Counted from the stretch's first letter, positions 8,518 through 17,222 are shown. The stretch is 64,000 nucleotides of DNA from Vicinamibacterales bacterium (GCA_965214845.1 CBDCCO010000007.1:1137030-1201029), one strand, 5' to 3'. Numbers and translations are program-made. Notes: generated by a model from the letters alone, not told the origin.

Positions 8518-8881
8518 GGGATCGGTTGCCGGCCGCCTGGATGGATCCGGGCCGGCAGGGGGCCTCAGAGGGGGCCCACTCTGGGGGCCCACCTCGATTG
8601 TTCAGTCGGCTTCTGAATAGAGCGGTTTTCTGCTTGCCGGGCCCGGCAAGCAGAATTGGACGGCTTTTTGGCCCTCAGGGGCGAAAGTCGTTTTTCTGTC
8701 CGCAATTTGTTGCTGAAGAACGAGTTCTGCTGATTCCCATCGGCTTGCAGGCGAAAAGGGTAACCCCAAATTTTTGGGGTAACCACTTTCATACTTATGC
8801 AGTCTGAAAATAATTATGCAGTCCGGGACCCGTCGTGTCCCGGGCGCGCGGATGGGAGCGATTTCGGGCCGGGCGCGCCCT
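8518..8881. repeat. left copy of a ~370-bp inverted repeat with an AT-rich core (core 8614-8841)
   Basis: It is the reverse complement of 48481-48856. The 228-bp core differs at 1 position by my alignment, and the flanks are ~85% identical with indels. The core contains the hairpins GCTTGCCGGGCCCGGCAAGC, CCCCAAATTTTTGGGG and CCGGGACCCGTCGTGTCCCGG, plus the direct repeat TTATGCAGTC-N10-TTATGCAGTC. Confidence 0.9.
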
Positions 8882-8939
8882 CTCGGAGGCGGTCAGCTGT
8901 GGCGGCCTGCCGCCCGTTCTGCCCGGGTGGGGCGGCGGG

Positions 8940-11900
8940 TCACAGCCGTGCGTGCGCCGCGCTCTCGTGCCCCCTTGCGGCGGCTCTCTCGGCAGTGTCC
9001 GCCGCGGCCGGGGCGTCGTGCGGCCCGTGGCGCCCGGCCGTCTCCAGGTCGCCGCCGCCGCCGATCTCGCGAATCGGGTCGTACGTCTCGAGCTGTTCGC
9101 CCCTGTCGCCCTCGACCGCGCCGCGGTCGTCCCCGGTGCGGCGGCCGATCGCCCCCAGGTCGGTCAGCTGCGCGTCGCTGGTGCGGGTGACGCCGTGCTC
9201 GTCGACCGTCTCGACGGGCACTTCCGCCTCGCCCGCGTGCATGATCAGGTGCTCGCACAGCGGCGTGTCCTCGTCGCGCGGGAACGCGACCAGGACGTGG
9301 GCGCCGGCCTCGGCGACCATGCGCTCGTTGCGCCGGTAGCCGGCGCCGCGGCCCTCCTCGTCCCAGGCCGCCTCGTACACGTCGCAGGGCACCCCGGCGT
9401 CCTCGCACCAGCGCAGCGCCTCGCGGTCGGCGCCCCGCGAGTCCCCCACGACGACCCGCATCGGCGCCCCGCCGATCCGCTGGCCGACCTCGTCGAGCTT
9501 CGCCCGCAGCAGGTTGGTCTCGGTCAGCGAGCGCGAGCCGCAGACCATCACGCGGACCTCGCGCGTGCCCTCGGCGGGCGCCGGGCGGGCCGCCGGCGGG
9601 CTCAGTGATTCGGGCGCCGGCGCGCGGGCCGGGCGGGGGCGCCGCGTCAGCCGGCCGTCGCGCTCGAGCTCGCGCTCGATCTCGCGGCCGACCTCCAGCG
9701 GGCCGCCGGGCGCGCCGAGCGCCTCGACCAGGTGCTCGAGGTCCGGCGCCGCAGGCCGCTCGCCCGCGCCGGCCAGCCGCGCCCGGACGTCCTCGTCGAT
9801 CCTGGCCTCGAGGTTCGCGGCCGCCTGGCGCATGCGCTCGAGCTGGGCCTCGCTCGCCCCGCCCTCGCGCATGCGCTCGACGTGAGCCTCGGCCGCGGCG
9901 ACGCGCGCGGCGTCGGGGTGCCCGGCGCGCAGCGCGTCGAGCCGGTCGTCGGGCGGCGCGTCGAGCAGGCGGCTCTCGAGCTCGTAGACGGCATCGTCGT
10001 AGCGCTTGAGCTGCTCGCCCGAGGCGCCGTGGCGCTCGAGCACGTCCCGCCGCCGGTTGATGGCATCGACGCTGCTCTTGCCCGGCTCGCAGGCGTGGGC
10101 GGCCACCGCGGCCTCCGGCTCGAGGTCGGCGCCGTCGTCCCAGGCCGGGATGTCGTCGACGTCGACCTCGACGGTTCCGAGCGCCTCGTCGAGCCGGCCG
10201 TCGCGTTGCGGCGCCCGCGGCTTCTGCGCGGCCTCGCGCTCCCGCTCGATCCCGGCCGCCCAGGCTGCGGCCTGGCTCAGCGGGCCGCCGTGGCAGGGCT
10301 CGGGCGCGCAGTGGCACGCCAGCGGCCGGCCGTCGAGCGCGGCGAGCTCCGCCAGGTCGACCTGGCCGCTGTCGATGCGCGCGGCGAGCACCTCGCGGTA
10401 CTGCTCGACAACCTCGCGGCGCTCGTCGGCGCCGGCTCCGCGGGCGAGCGGGAACGGGTTGCCCCACTTCGTGTTGCGGTCGATCCGCACGGCCGCGCCG
10501 GTGCGCACCTTCTCGAACGCCCCGGCCTCGCGCAGGTTGAGCAGCTCGGCGTCTCCCGCCGGCGCGCCGGGCTGCGCCCAGGGGGCGTCGGCGGCCCGCT
10601 CGCCCAGCCGGCGGGCCACACTCCGGGCGCTGCGGCCCGGGACGGGCTTGACGACGCCGTCCGCCGGGTCGGCCCGCCCGCGCGAGCGCGCCTCCTCGGT
10701 CCCGAGCTCGGCGGGCCCGGTCCCGCTGACCCGCGTCCATCCGTTCGTGGTGACCGTCTCGATCGGCACGCCGGCCCTCTCGGCCGCGTCCGCCCAGGCG
10801 CGCGGCATCGCGCGCCCCCCCAGCAGCAGGTGCGGGTCCTGCTCGTCGAGGATGCGCCGCGCCAGCCCGGCGCTCGTGTCCCCGGCCTCGGCCCGCAGGT
10901 ACATGTCGCAGCGGACGCCGCTCGTGCGGGCCCACTCGTGCGCGACGGCCGCCGCGCTGCTGGTCGCCACGGTCTCCTCGAAGGCGAGGCGCAGCGCCGC
11001 CGGGGCGCTCCGCTCCCGGACGGCGTCGAGCTTGGCCCGCAGCGCGGCCCGGTTCTCGCCGCTTGGCCCCGGGGCGACGGCGATGCGGATCTCGCCGTCG
11101 ATGGCCGGGTCGCCGTTGGCGAGCCGCGCCGCCGCCAGCTCGCCCGGGCCCTCGACGGGCGCGTGGAGCCTGGTGCGGCCCAACGCGTTGCCCATCGCCG
11201 CCAGGTCGGCCAGCTTGCCGTCCGCCGTGTGCGTCCAGGCCTCGCCGCCCTCCACCACGACCTGCTCGACCTCGAGCCGGCGCTCGCGCGCCTCGTGGAG
11301 CAGGTGCCGCGGGCGCTTGCCGTCGTAGTCGGGAAAGCCCACCACGACGTGCGGGTCGCCGCTGGCCAGCAGCGCCTCGTTGGCGCGGTAGCCGGCCGCC
11401 TTCGGGTGCGCGTCCCAGTCGGCCGGGTACGCCGCCGCCGGCGTGCCGGTCTCCCGGGCCCACGCCTCCACGGCCGCGTCGAGCTCGCCGGCGCCGCCGT
11501 GGAGCAGGCGCAGCGGGTGCGGCGAGGCCCGCTCGGCCAGCTCGTCGAGCTTGCGCCGGACCACCTCCGCGTCCCCGAAGCGGGGGCTGCCGGTCACGGC
11601 GACGCGGATCTCCGAGCGGCGGCTCTCGTCGGTCGGCCCGGCGGCGAAGCCCTGGTCCATCAGCTCGGAGAAGGCCATCGGGTCGTCGAGCCGGTCGAGC
11701 ACCCTGGCCCGGGCCATGCCCTGCAGCATCGCCATGCTGCGGGCCTGGCAGGCCAGGGCGTGGCCGCGGCGGTGGAACCTGTCGGTGAACGCGTCGTAGT
11801 CGACGGCGCCGACGCCGGCGGCCCGGGCCGAGCGGATCCAGAGCCGGTCGTAGAACTGCGTGCCGGTCTCGGCCGGCCAGAACAGGCGGCCGTCGTCGAA

Positions 11901-12206
11901 GCCGCGCAGCCGCCCGGCGCGGCAGCGGGTCCGGTCGAGCTGCTTGGCGTCGAAGCCGTTGGCGAGCACCCGCCCGGCGGGGCCGCCCTCGGGCCCGTAG
12001 CACTTGGCGGCCTGGTAGACCGCCTCGACGGGCTTGCCCGACGCCGGGTCCTCGAGGAACATCGCCGAGAGCTGGCGGCCGAGCGGCTGCGGGCTGCGGC
12101 TGCTGATCTCGAGCACCCGCAGGCTGTCGGGGGGGCCGTCCGGCCCGTGGTGCTCCCGTGCGAACGGCGGCCGGGCGAGCGGCGTGAACCAGGTCGTCGG
12201 CTTCAT
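8940..12206 (-). CDS. polyvalent protein: unknown N-terminal domain + DUF2493(SLOG) x3 (middle copy degenerate) + DUF4326
   Basis: 1088 aa. DUF2493-like units: IRVAVTGSPRF...LLHGGAGELDAAVEAWARETG...ADWDAHPKAAGYRANEALL...VVGFP and VRVMVCGSRSL...VVVGDSRGADREALRWCEDAG...AAWDEEGRGAGYRRNERMV...LVAFP. DUF4326-like unit: VRIDRNTKWGNPFPL...YREVL...LDGRPLACHCAPEPCHG. Confidence 0.8.
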   Translation of the reverse strand: MKPTTWFTPLARPPFAREHHGPDGPPDSLRVLEISSRSPQPLGRQLSAMFLEDPASGKPVEAVYQAAKCYGPEGGPAGRVLANGFDAKQLDRTRCRAGRLRGFDDGRLFWPAETGTQFYDRLWIRSARAAGVGAVDYDAFTDRFHRRGHALACQARSMAMLQGMARARVLDRLDDPMAFSELMDQGFAAGPTDESRRSEIRVAVTGSPRFGDAEVVRRKLDELAERASPHPLRLLHGGAGELDAAVEAWARETGTPAAAYPADWDAHPKAAGYRANEALLASGDPHVVVGFPDYDGKRPRHLLHEARERRLEVEQVVVEGGEAWTHTADGKLADLAAMGNALGRTRLHAPVEGPGELAAARLANGDPAIDGEIRIAVAPGPSGENRAALRAKLDAVRERSAPAALRLAFEETVATSSAAAVAHEWARTSGVRCDMYLRAEAGDTSAGLARRILDEQDPHLLLGGRAMPRAWADAAERAGVPIETVTTNGWTRVSGTGPAELGTEEARSRGRADPADGVVKPVPGRSARSVARRLGERAADAPWAQPGAPAGDAELLNLREAGAFEKVRTGAAVRIDRNTKWGNPFPLARGAGADERREVVEQYREVLAARIDSGQVDLAELAALDGRPLACHCAPEPCHGGPLSQAAAWAAGIEREREAAQKPRAPQRDGRLDEALGTVEVDVDDIPAWDDGADLEPEAAVAAHACEPGKSSVDAINRRRDVLERHGASGEQLKRYDDAVYELESRLLDAPPDDRLDALRAGHPDAARVAAAEAHVERMREGGASEAQLERMRQAAANLEARIDEDVRARLAGAGERPAAPDLEHLVEALGAPGGPLEVGREIERELERDGRLTRRPRPARAPAPESLSPPAARPAPAEGTREVRVMVCGSRSLTETNLLRAKLDEVGQRIGGAPMRVVVGDSRGADREALRWCEDAGVPCDVYEAAWDEEGRGAGYRRNERMVAEAGAHVLVAFPRDEDTPLCEHLIMHAGEAEVPVETVDEHGVTRTSDAQLTDLGAIGRRTGDDRGAVEGDRGEQLETYDPIREIGGGGDLETAGRHGPHDAPAAADTAERAAARGHESAAHARL

Positions 12207-12218
12207 CTTGCAGTCCTC

Positions 12219-12250
12219 GTTTCAATCCTCGCCACGCGAGCGTACCGCGC
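12219..12250 (-). CRISPR. solitary type I-C-like CRISPR repeat unit (partial) in the 5' UTR of the polyvalent gene
   Basis: On the minus strand: GCGCGGTACGCTCGCGTGGCGAGGATTGAAAC, then GAGGACTGCAAG, then the ATG at 12206. The last 14 nt, GCGAGGATTGAAAC, are shared with R2 at 55087-55118. It has a short CTCGC/GCGAG hairpin. The IS1634 end lies 33 nt upstream. Confidence 0.45.
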
Positions 12251-12282
12251 GCCGGGGACCGTCGTCCGGAGGCCGCGGCCCG

Positions 12283-14255
12283 CTAGCCGGAAGTTTCAGC
12301 GTTGATCGCGCGTAAGTCACTAGAATTGTGTGATTTATCGATTTCGCAGGTGTTGGCTACTGGCTACATTCGCGGGGTCACTCCCAGCAGCTCGAAGCAG
12401 CGCTGCTGTACCGGCGTGGGCTCGGTGAGCAGCGCGAAGGTGGCGTCGCTGTCGGCCACGCGCATGGTGTTGGCGGTCAGCGTGCCGAGGTCGGAGAGCA
12501 GCGTCCGGAAGCTGTGCACGGGGAGGTCCTCGGCGGTGCGCTTGCGGGCGGCCTTGGCGCGTGCCGCGGGCGAGCGCTTGGCCTTGCGGACCACGGATGA
12601 GCGCTGCCGTTCGGCGGCGGCCGGGTCGTGGTCATCGAAGAGCAGCGGGGCCAGGGCCTGGCGCATGTGCCACTCGACGTAGTAGGCGAGCATGCACAGC
12701 AGGACGTGCGCCCGCACCCGGTCGGCCCGCCGGTGGTAGATCGGCCGCACCTTCAGGTCCACCGACTTGAGGGACCGAAACGCGCGCTCGACCTTCGCCA
12801 GGTCCTTGTAGGCGCGGACGGTCTGCGCGGCATCGAACTGTTCCGGCTCGACGTTGGAACGGACGATGTAGATCCCGTCGAGTTGCTGTTCGTCTGCGAT
12901 CCCGGCCTCGTCGCGATGGAACGCGAACGACTCGTCGGTGATGGTGGTGACGAAGTGCTTGGCGACCTTGTAGCGGTTGACGACCTTGCCGACGCGCACG
13001 CCGATGTCTGCCGCGCCCCGTAGCGGGTCGTTCGGGCGCCGGGTCGCCGCCACAATCGGTTCGAGCTCCTTCTCGGTGGCGGCGAGCAGCTCGTTGCGCT
13101 TGCGGTGCCGCTCGGCGGCGAGCAGCGGATTGCGGCAGACGATGAGCCGTTCGCCGGGGAACTCGTTGCTGGTCACCTCGGCGAGGTCGCGCTCGTCGAA
13201 CAGCGACGGGGTGACGGTGCCGGCGGCCACCAGCTTGCGGATCGTCGGCGCGCGCAGCGTGGTGATCCAGCGCAGCCCGTCGACGCTGGCGAGGTCCTCG
13301 CGGATGCGCGCCGCGGTCAGCATGCCGCGGTCGCCGACGAGCACGACCCGCTGGAGGCCGAAGCGGGAGCGGAGCTTGTCGACCTGACGGGCCACGGTCA
13401 GCGGGTCGCTGGTCGAGCCTTCGAAGACCTCGACGGCGACCGGACACCCCTTGGCCGTGCACAACAAGCCGAAGACGATCTGCAGCGTGCCTTTCTTGCG
13501 GTCGCGGCTGTGTCCGCGTCGGGCGAGCTCGCAGTGCGTTCCCTCCACGTAGCTGGAGGTCAGGTCGTAGAGCACGAGGGTGTGCTCCTGCAGATGGCGC
13601 TTGGCCAGGCGCTGTTCGATGGCCGCCTGCCGCTCGACGAGCCAGTCCATGGCGGCGTACAGCTCGAGCGGGTCGACCTCGCCGAGATTCAACAGGTCCC
13701 CCAGCGTGGAGACGGCGCTCTCGGGGGTCAGGGCGCGGGCGGTGGCCAGCTTCGACTGCGCGTCGATGACGCGCGCGACGATGAGGGCGACGACGAGGTC
13801 ACGGACCCGGCTGGTGCCGCGGGCGAGGAGGGTAGGCAGTCCGAGGCGTTTGAGGGTGCCGAGCACGGCGGCAACGTGCCCGTGGGGGCGGCTGCGGACG
13901 CAGGTGAAGGCGTCGTCGGGATGGACGAGCCGCTCGCCGCGGAGGATGCGGCGCAGGGCCTCGATGGCGGTGGTGGGCAGCTTCGAGAGATTGGCGAGCG
14001 TACGCTTCTTGACACGGCCGCCGTCGCGGTAGGACTCGCGGAGGAGGACGGCGGGCGGCGAGGAGCGGTTGGGGACGCTCTCGATATACATGGTTACACA
14101 TTATAGCACAAACACCACTAATATTATGGACCAACACGCCAACATGACAACCACAATACATGGCTACATTTCGCCACATACAGCACGCCAAAACCCCCGC
14201 AACGCCTTTAGAATCTATGGGTTCCGAAAAACAGGCCTCTGAAACTTCCGGCTAG
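12283..14255 (-). mobile_element. IS1634-family insertion sequence
   Basis: 17-bp terminal inverted repeats: CTAGCCGGAAGTTTCAG at 12283-12299 and its reverse complement at 14239-14255. The non-coding ends are low in GC and there is a single DDE transposase ORF. I saw no clear target duplication. Confidence 0.8.
12364..14091 (-). CDS. IS1634-family (IS4-like DDE) transposase
   Basis: 575 aa: MYIESVPNRSSPPAVLLRESYRDGGRVKKRTLANLSKLP...VVLVGDRGM...YIVRSN...YKDLAKVERAFRSLKS. This is the typical IS1634 N-terminus and YREK-type C-terminus. Confidence 0.85.
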   Translation of the reverse strand: MYIESVPNRSSPPAVLLRESYRDGGRVKKRTLANLSKLPTTAIEALRRILRGERLVHPDDAFTCVRSRPHGHVAAVLGTLKRLGLPTLLARGTSRVRDLVVALIVARVIDAQSKLATARALTPESAVSTLGDLLNLGEVDPLELYAAMDWLVERQAAIEQRLAKRHLQEHTLVLYDLTSSYVEGTHCELARRGHSRDRKKGTLQIVFGLLCTAKGCPVAVEVFEGSTSDPLTVARQVDKLRSRFGLQRVVLVGDRGMLTAARIREDLASVDGLRWITTLRAPTIRKLVAAGTVTPSLFDERDLAEVTSNEFPGERLIVCRNPLLAAERHRKRNELLAATEKELEPIVAATRRPNDPLRGAADIGVRVGKVVNRYKVAKHFVTTITDESFAFHRDEAGIADEQQLDGIYIVRSNVEPEQFDAAQTVRAYKDLAKVERAFRSLKSVDLKVRPIYHRRADRVRAHVLLCMLAYYVEWHMRQALAPLLFDDHDPAAAERQRSSVVRKAKRSPAARAKAARKRTAEDLPVHSFRTLLSDLGTLTANTMRVADSDATFALLTEPTPVQQRCFELLGVTPRM

Positions 14256-14266
14256 GCTTCGCCTCC

Positions 14267-14725
14267 GTGCGCTTCGCTGTCGCTGCGGTTGTGCTCGTGC
14301 TCGCGGCGCCCGGCCCCGTCCGGGCCGGCGAGCTCCCGTTCGGCGGCGCCGTTGAGGCCGCGGCCGCGCGGCACGGCGTCGACCCGGCGCTGCTGCACGC
14401 CGTGATCGCCGTCGAGTCGGCGCACCGGCCGGCGGCGGTTTCCCCGGCGGGCGCCGAGGGCCTGATGCAGCTGATGCCTGCCACGCAGCGCGACCTGGGG
14501 GTCTCGGACCCGTTCGACCCGCGCGCCAACGTCGACGCGGGCGCCGCCTACCTGCGGCTGCTGGCCGACGAGTTCGGGACGGTGCTCGCGCTGGCCGCCT
14601 ACAACGCCGGCCCGGGGGCCGTCCGCCGCCACGGCGGCGTTCCGCCCTTCCCCGAGACCCGGCACTACGTGCGCCTCGTCCTCCGGGCGCTCTTCCGCCT
14701 GCGGGCGGGCCTGCCGCCCCGCTGA
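14267..14725 (+). CDS. lytic transglycosylase (SLT domain, VirB1-like), secreted
   Basis: Signal peptide MRFAVAAVVLVLAAPGPVRA. SLT motifs: AVIAVESAHRPAAVSPAGAEGLMQLMP and LAAYNAGPGAV. The GTG start lies only 12 nt from the IS1634 end. Confidence 0.85.
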   Translation: MRFAVAAVVLVLAAPGPVRAGELPFGGAVEAAAARHGVDPALLHAVIAVESAHRPAAVSPAGAEGLMQLMPATQRDLGVSDPFDPRANVDAGAAYLRLLADEFGTVLALAAYNAGPGAVRRHGGVPPFPETRHYVRLVLRALFRLRAGLPPR

Positions 14726-14741
14726 GGCCGGCTGGCGGCAG

Positions 14742-15947
14742 TTACCGGGACTGGCCCGCGTCGCGCCCGGCCGCCGCCCAGGCCGCCTCGCGCTCGGCCG
14801 CCGCGGCGGGCTCGGGCGCATCGGCGGGCGGGCGCCCGCCGGCGGCGGCCGGCGCGTCCGGCCAGGGGTCGCCGCCGCCGGGCCACTGCTCGCCGGGCCC
14901 GCGCCCGGCCAGGACCGTGTGGTCCGGGACGGTCGAGCCGGCCGGGATGTACGCCGGATGGCGGTCGCCGGGCGCGGCCGCCAGGATGCACTGGTCGCCG
15001 ACGCGGGCGCCGTCGCCCACCGTCATCTGGATGTTGCACCGCTCGCCGACCAGGGCGCCCTCGCCCACGGAGATCTCGGCGCCGACCCGCGTGCCGGCCC
15101 CGATTTGCGCCCCGGCCCCGACCCGCGCGTGATTGTCGATTACCGCGCCGGGCCCGATCGAGGCGTGCTCGCCGATCTCGACGCCGTGGCCGATCTCGGT
15201 CGACGGGTGGATGTCCGCGCTGGGCGCGATCGAGTCCCACGCCTGCCGCTCGCGCAGCCCCTCGAGGATGGCCTCGCGCTCGAGCTCGACGTCGCCGGGC
15301 TCGATGGTGAAGGCGGGCGCGCCGGTCTCCGGCTCGTAGCCGAGCAGCTCCACGTTCTGGAGCCAGTTGTCGATGCGTTCGGCCACCTCCGGCTCGAGGT
15401 ACTCGTCGGGGCGTTCGGCCGCGTGCGCGGCCGCCAGGCGCCGCCGGTCCAGGTGCGCCCAGACCTGCTCGGGCGGCTGATGCTGCGCGACGTGGCGGAC
15501 GGCCTGGGCCGCCTCGTCGGGCTGGATCCACGCCCGAGACCCCCCGGCCCAGTTGGGCCCGTCGAAGAGCACCCGGGCGGTGTCCCTGTCGAGGCAGAGG
15601 ACCTCGGTGGCGACCTCGCGCGGCGAGGGCGTGTCGCCGTAGTCGGTGCGGACCCGCTCGGTGATCTCGATGCACGTGTGCGGGAACGTCTCGAGCACCA
15701 GGCCCTCGAGTCCGCTCACGGTCTCCCGTGCGTCGCCGCCGAGGCGGCCGCGGCAGGTGTCGAGGTTGAGCGCGCTGGCCCGCTCGCGGCAGCCGCCGCG
15801 CGCGACCAGCGCGTCGACCGCGCCGGGGCCGTCCTTCGTCCACTCGACGGCCGGCTCGTTGTCCCGGTTGGTCGTCCCCGGGGCCTCGCGCGTCGCGCGG
15901 CACTCGAGCACGCGGCGTTCAAGCGTCCTCAGCGCGTCGGTGTCCAT
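14742..15947 (-). CDS. protein with C-terminal left-handed beta-helix (hexapeptide-repeat) domain
   Basis: 401 aa. The C-terminus, IGHGVEIGEHASIGPGAVIDNHARVGAGAQIGAGTRVGAEISVGEGALVGERCNIQMTVGDGARVGDQC, is a hexapeptide LbH repeat. The N-terminal 230 aa are unrecognised. Confidence 0.6.
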   Translation of the reverse strand: MDTDALRTLERRVLECRATREAPGTTNRDNEPAVEWTKDGPGAVDALVARGGCRERASALNLDTCRGRLGGDARETVSGLEGLVLETFPHTCIEITERVRTDYGDTPSPREVATEVLCLDRDTARVLFDGPNWAGGSRAWIQPDEAAQAVRHVAQHQPPEQVWAHLDRRRLAAAHAAERPDEYLEPEVAERIDNWLQNVELLGYEPETGAPAFTIEPGDVELEREAILEGLRERQAWDSIAPSADIHPSTEIGHGVEIGEHASIGPGAVIDNHARVGAGAQIGAGTRVGAEISVGEGALVGERCNIQMTVGDGARVGDQCILAAAPGDRHPAYIPAGSTVPDHTVLAGRGPGEQWPGGGDPWPDAPAAAGGRPPADAPEPAAAAEREAAWAAAGRDAGQSR

Positions 15948-16032
15948 CGGCGAGAGTGTAGCGGCCGGCCCGCGGCCGGCCCGGGCCGGGTCCCCGGCCG
16001 GTTGCGGGAGAGGCGGGCCGGCGGGTGGCGGC

Positions 16033-16044
16033 CCAACGTGTTGG
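16033..16044. promoter_or_regulatory. palindrome variant CCAACGTGTTGG
   Basis: Intergenic, 24 nt after the ERF-like gene stop and 86 nt upstream of the start at 15947. It has one central mismatch to the island motif. Confidence 0.4.
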
Positions 16045-16067
16045 ACGGCCGCCCCGGGTGCGGGGGG

Positions 16068-17222
16068 CTAGGCGCCAGCCTGCTGGCCGCGGCTGGCGTA
16101 GAGCTCCCGGACCCGTGCGAGCAGCTCGTACGGCTTGTCGCGGTACTCCTTGCGCAGCGCCGCTTCCGCGGCCGGCTCGAGCCGGAGCGCGCTGATGCCC
16201 CGGGCGGCCGCGGCGTCGGCCCGGATCCGGACCTCCACCAGCAGGTCGGCCGGGCGGCCGATGTACTCGCTCCTGAGCGCCATCTCCTCGGCCTTCGGCC
16301 TGCCCAGCACCCGGAAGCCCGCCGCGATCGCCTCCTCGGTCTCGGCCTCGCCGCCCTCGGCGGCGAGGCCGAGCGCCTCGATCGCGGCCGCGAGCAGTTT
16401 CGCCGGCTGCTCGCCGAACTTCTCGCGCAGCTCGCCGGCCTGCCCGGGCGGCAGCTTGGCCAGCGCCGCGTCGGCGCGGCTGAGCACCTGCTGCCGGGCC
16501 TGAGCGTCCTGGTCTCCGGCCGGGCGCGGGCGCTGCTGCGGGGACTCGGCCGCCGGCTGAGGCCGGGCCGCGGCCTGCTCGGGCCGGGGTGCCGCCTCGG
16601 GCTCCCCGGCCGCCGGCTGCGGCCGGGCCTCGGCGCGGCGGCCGCCGGTGCCGGCGCGCGCGGTATCGCTGATGTCGCGCTCGCCGCTCTCCTCCTCCGC
16701 CGCCAGGCCGAGCAGCTGCACCGTCAGGTAGCGGCGCAGCATCGTGATCTGCTTGGCCAGGCCCTGGATGTCGCTCGACGGCGCCAGGTCGAGCCACGAC
16801 ACCAGCATGCCGTTCCCCTCGTGCAGCAGCACGGCGACGATGGCGTACGGGCTCGTCAGCGTCGTCAGCATCAGCCCGTTGTCGGACAGCGGGCCGGTGA
16901 TCGCCTGGTGGATCGAGTCGAGGCTCGCGAAGTCGTACTCGATGAGCTCGTTCGTCCGCTGCGACTTGTACTTGACCGTCTGGTCCTTCGGGATCGGCGG
17001 GATCGCCTTGCGTGCCGCGACCAGCGCCGCCGTCAGCTTGCGGGACGCCTCGATCTCGTCGGCGGCCGGCATCGGCGGCCGGACGGTCATCAGCATGCTC
17101 GCGATCTCGCGTGGGATGTGGTCCCACCAGGTGGGCATGTCGGCCGTGGCCGGCGGCCTCGCCTGCTGTGTGTCCGGGGCGGCCTGGGCGCCGCTCCCGG
17201 TGGTCTCGTGCGCTTGCTGCAT
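16068..17222 (-). CDS. ERF-family single-strand annealing protein (tentative)
   Basis: Internal start in ORF 16068..18677, with AGGAGGAAGCG before the ATG at 17222. ...KDQTVKYKSQRTNELIEYDFASLDSIHQAITGPLSDNGLMLTTLT...LLHEGNGMLVSW... resembles the ERF core. The C-terminal half is low-complexity and acidic/Pro-rich. Confidence 0.55.
   Translation of the reverse strand: MQQAHETTGSGAQAAPDTQQARPPATADMPTWWDHIPREIASMLMTVRPPMPAADEIEASRKLTAALVAARKAIPPIPKDQTVKYKSQRTNELIEYDFASLDSIHQAITGPLSDNGLMLTTLTSPYAIVAVLLHEGNGMLVSWLDLAPSSDIQGLAKQITMLRRYLTVQLLGLAAEEESGERDISDTARAGTGGRRAEARPQPAAGEPEAAPRPEQAAARPQPAAESPQQRPRPAGDQDAQARQQVLSRADAALAKLPPGQAGELREKFGEQPAKLLAAAIEALGLAAEGGEAETEEAIAAGFRVLGRPKAEEMALRSEYIGRPADLLVEVRIRADAAAARGISALRLEPAAEAALRKEYRDKPYELLARVRELYASRGQQAGA

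Noticed and set aside
8565-8792. 60-75-aa ORF (MKVVTPKIWGYPFRLQADGNQQNSFF...) conserved in both inverted-repeat cores
   Set aside because: I see no Shine-Dalgarno sequence. The two copies have different C-termini and stops outside the conserved core. The composition simply reflects the AT-rich core. I treat the core as non-coding pending evidence.
8940-9500. DarT (DUF4433) toxin or a NADAR domain that would pair with the macrodomain remnants
   Set aside because: I could recognise no DarT-like sequence in any frame. The N-terminal LSAMF..VEAVYQAAK box of the polyvalent protein (at the 12.2-kb end of the gene) resembles NADAR only over ~25 residues and diverges afterwards. That is too weak to call.
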